In this document: positions 60,185-64,000 of the stretch, in pieces | Numbering within the stretch: the first letter of the stretch is position 1 | How the letters are laid out: each line of letters starts with the position of its first letter | NCBI GenBank assembly: GCA_002269645.1 | Contig: NIVC01001145.1 | Location: forward strand, 260,651 to 324,650 | Reading direction: 5' to 3' | Origin: Macrostomum lignano | Taxonomy: Eukaryota | Length of the DNA stretch: 64,000 bases | Position numbers and translations under genes: made by a program | Notes under the pieces: model-generated | What the model saw: only the letters and a program-made list of their open reading frames with translations | What the model was told of the DNA's origin: nothing | Database searches by the model: none

Positions 60185-62350
60185 ATGGTTCGAATAATGC
60201 GTCGCATTATGTACTACGCTCGGCTTGGAAGATCACACTACCGGCTAATGTGGACGCTAATTATATGCGTGCCGATAGTGTACGTGTTTCTGGAGCTACT
60301 CCGGCAGCCGAATCTCATCAAGAAGCGCTTTCATCCGTTGCAAATCAAACAGGACGTTGTGCTCTCTGGGGCCAAGGAGGATACTGAAAGTCTCTGCATT
60401 CTACCGCCCCTTCAACAGCAGTTAATATCGGCGAGACCGTTGTACACACTGAACTGCACTGCTGCCGAGCCTAACTGGGTCACGTCCGAGGGCGGCACTT
60501 TTCGGATTACGGACGCTACACGCAGCGCATATCCTGACGTCAAGTGCGCCATGGTGCCCGTATTGCGTGACGACGATTTCTCCGTCTACTACGGTGAAGC
60601 TGTCGATGATATATCGACGAATAGGCAACTAATCAACGACTTCTTTGTTGCTAACTGCGCCAGTGAGCAAAGATCGAAGCAGTACCAACTGTTGCACGCG
60701 GTATAGCGCCAAAGCTATCTAAGGAGGCGCCGTACATCAAACAGAACCAAAAGCCGTTAAGCATAATTCTTTTCGGCCTGGATTCAGTATCGCGAGAAGC
60801 CTGGAAGCGCTACCTGCCAAAGTCGTACGGCTACTTTATTAACGACATTGGCGGCGTCGTGTTCGAAAAATTCAACATCCTAGGTGACGGCACGACGCCA
60901 AATCTGCTGCCAATGCTGACTGGCCATCTGGAGAGCGAACTGTACGAATCGCGTCGGGGTTTTAACAATTCGAAACCCGTCGACGATTATCCGTGGATCT
61001 GGCGCGACCTGGCGGCTAAGAACTACACAACCCAGTTTGGCGAGGACGGTTCTAAATACGGCACTTTCCAGTACGACTGCTGGGCTTTAAGAAGCAGCCT
61101 ACTGATCACTATATGCGACCATTCTATCTGAAGCTTGATGAACTCTATCCGCACCGGAAGTACGGCTGCCTGGGCTCTAAGCCGCTTCATCAAGTGAAAA
61201 TCGATTGGCAGAAGGACTTCCTGGACGTGTATCGGAACCGCAAGAAGTTTACCTTTGTGTTTCACTCCGAGTTGAGCCACGAAGACAACTATTACCTAAG
61301 CCCGATGGACGCCGATCTATTGGCTTATCTGCGCTATCTGAAAGAATCTAAACACCTGGATGATTCCATACTGATACTTATGTCCGACCATGGCCACCGT
61401 TATGCCAAGACGCGATCAACGCTTCAAGGAAAATATGAAGAGCGCCTGCCCTTTCTAGGCATAGCCTTACCCAAGCGTCTGAAAGACGCTCATCCTATAG
61501 AGACCAAACAGCTAATAAAAAATCAAAATCGCCTGATTACACCGCTTGATTTGCACGCAACGATGCGGCATGCTGCCGAATTTTTTACGCCCCAGCCGCC
61601 GCCGCAGCATCAGGAGAACACAAAGACCACTAGTAAACGCGAGGCCGGCGTCAGCCTTTTTACGCCAATTTCAGAGAAGCGCAATTGCGCTCAAATAGGC
61701 ATCGAAGCGCATTGGTGCGCTTGCCTTGCCTGGCAGTCGCTCAGTCCGTTGGGCACTAACGTCAAAACGATTGGTTATTACGTTGTAGCGCAGTTCAATG
61801 CGCAAACTGAGAAGCATCGAGATCAATGCGCCGAGTTGACCTTCTCCAAGCTGCTTGCCGTGGATGGATACGCACCATCGACTAAGATTCTCTCCTTCAA
61901 GGTAGGTAAAATTTTTAAGGAAGAAATCAGGATCGTATTACGCGTATAGCAGAGGGAAGAGATAGAATCAATTTAGGGCAGGAAGTGATGCTCTACTCTC
62001 GACTGCAGGCAAAAATCAACACCCGACACTATTTGTTACAGGCAAGCGCAGACGCGGACGGTAGAAATCCGGACTTCTCGGACACGATGTCGGCCGGCTA
62101 TCGACTATATCGGCTCACAATTGAGACGCTGCCTAATCATGGCCACTACGAGGTGACGGTGCAAGAGGACATTGCTAGTCACCGACTGAGCATGGATATA
62201 AATAGTGTTAGTCGGGTGAACGCCTATCGTCAACAAGCCGCCTGTCTAGGTGATAAGTTGCCTCATCTAAGAGCGCTTTGCTATTGTCTGCATCAGAAAT
62301 CGGAAGAGCAGAAAGCTGTAAAGTCGGGTTCCGGAGCTTCTATCAAGTAG
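60185..62350 (+). CDS. DUF229-family protein (alkaline phosphatase/sulfatase-like, N-terminal membrane anchor) with two 1-bp frameshifts
   Basis: Motifs GLDSVSR, FNILGDGTTPNLLPMLTG, DDYPWIW, FHSELSHE, LMSDHGHRY..QGKYEERLPF, EAHWCAC and SRVNAY..C..PHLRALCYC. Exons 60185-61901 (AAG|GTAGGT) and 62042-62350. Frame breaks at about 60701 and 61074. Confidence 0.85.
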
Positions 62351-62371
62351 AAGCTACCAACGAAGCTGGGC

Positions 62372-62705
62372 CAGGGGTCGGCAAACTCCGGCTCACGGGT
62401 CACCTGCGGGCGAAGCCTCTCTATCCGGCCCCCGGGTCCTTTGAAACTTTTTGTGTTTGTGTCTCTTCTCGGCTCTCTTACCTCCTCTCTCCCCTCATAT
62501 TCTTTTCTATCTCTTCTTTCAATTCTCATCCTTATCTATATTCTTAGCTTCTCTCTCTTCTCTCATCCTCATATCTCATATCTCATATATCCTTTCTCAT
62601 CTACTCTCTCTTTCCTCATCTCTCCTATATTACCTCTATATTACTCTCGTGGCATTAGCTAGGTTCTTTATCCGGCCCTGAAGGTAAAAAGTTTGCCGAC
62701 CCCTG
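62372..62705. mobile_element. hAT-Charlie-type MITE (334 bp)
   Basis: Perfect 16-bp TIR CAGGGGTCGGCAAACT / AGTTTGCCGACCCCTG. 8-bp TSD AGCTGGGC / AGCTAGGC (7 of 8 match). Confidence 0.9.
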
Positions 62706-64000
62706 AGCTAGGCCCTTATTTGCATGCATATGTTTGATACACTCTCGCACTATCTCTAGCAACCGATCGCGTTTTGTAAATGGATTGTTAACAGCCACAT
62801 GCTAGTAGATTTTTTTACTCTCTGAATTGTTGATTATGCTCTAAATACCATTTCATGTTTCGAGGTTTATTGGTAATCTATTGTATTTCTAAGGGGTCAC
62901 ACTGCTGCGATGTCTAGACACTGCATGTATTCTCTAGGAATGTGATTTAGTAGAATAATCTAATCACGAGAAATGTTGAACTTCATTGTCTGGGGGTTTC
63001 GTAACACCTAAATAGCTCGTACTTCATATCACCTAAAGGATATCTGCTTTCATAGCGCCTAAACTTCACCTGTGTTAAGATAGAGAAGGAAGTATAAAAG
63101 GTTCAATTTAGCAAAACAAAACAATTTAAATGTGCTCCTACGCATTACTATTCGTTTTATTTCTGTTTTGTCTCGTCTATTTTCGGTTGTCTATAAAGTT
63201 TCTTACTACATATTTAGTGACTGATTGGTTATTTGATTTTTAAGATTGCATTTTGCATTTCTTGTTCAGTGTAGAGTTGCATATATTTATACAGTAATAA
63301 TCCATATTTGATAGTAAATTACTGCTAGGATAGCAATAGTTAGCAGCACTTTTATCTGATATCTATACATTAAGCGGATGGAAACCTGTTAATATCTTTA
63401 TGAATCCATTCTATGATTCTAATTATAAATTTATGATTATGAAATTATAGCCACCTTGGAACAATGAGATCCTGAATATTAATTTTATTTATTGCTATTC
63501 TGTTGACCAGTTCTTCAACGAATTATGCTTTTCCTGGATACCCACTGTTTTAAATGATTTTTGAAAAGAAATTCGATTGCCACCTGGCAGAAATACATAC
63601 ATGAGATTAGTTTTCATTTTTTCAACGTTCCTTCGTAAATGCAAAGTACTGAAGAACTTGGCTACTATTAGTAGCTAAGCTAGTTGAAGTTCTTAACTTT
63701 CAATGTATTTTACGTATTTTAACAACGGACGGTTTGTTAGCCGATCTTTGCTAGCCGAAAATCGCTAGCGAGAAATTTGCTACAAGGATTTTTGCTTACA
63801 AAGTTTCGTATCGCAGGCTCTTTCCCTGTTCTCACCCGACCAAAAAGTTTGCCTATACAACTGTCTATTGTGGCGGCCACAGACAGAAGCTAGCTAGGAC
63901 TTGCTATTCTCTATGTATGCATGGCCACCCAGACTGTTTGCGCATCGCGCTGTTTTGTTTGCGTGCCTATGGCAGATGAAAAATATCTGACTTTTTCTCT

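Overview
Eukaryotic (metazoan) genomic DNA with GT-AG introns. The many intronic minisatellites and the gene style suggest a free-living flatworm such as Macrostomum (inference only, not verified). Genes reconstructed by hand: a minus-strand KSR/Raf-like pseudokinase (8 visible exons, 5094-17265, 5' end unresolved) with an intronless sphingomyelin synthase nested antisense in one intron; a partial minus-strand single-pass membrane protein; a Shootin-1-like coiled-coil/polyproline gene; ARL5, whose main exon starts at Gly2 with no ATG; a CSRNP-family gene; a divergent PP1-like phosphatase; and a DUF229 gene with two 1-bp frameshifts. About 25 unrelated tandem arrays are present, many filling introns, and they generate most long ORFs in the supplied track, which are artefacts. 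Mobile DNA: a very young 4.3-kb non-autonomous LTR element (840-bp LTRs, GGAAT TSD, tRNA-Gln PBS, PPT, no recognisable pol) carrying two internal arrays and nested in a MITE; further TIR elements; a tRNA-derived SINE with a 14-bp TSD; and hAT-Charlie MITEs. No CRISPR array, rRNA or intact tRNA gene was found. Exon coordinates were read manually and repeat boundaries are approximate.
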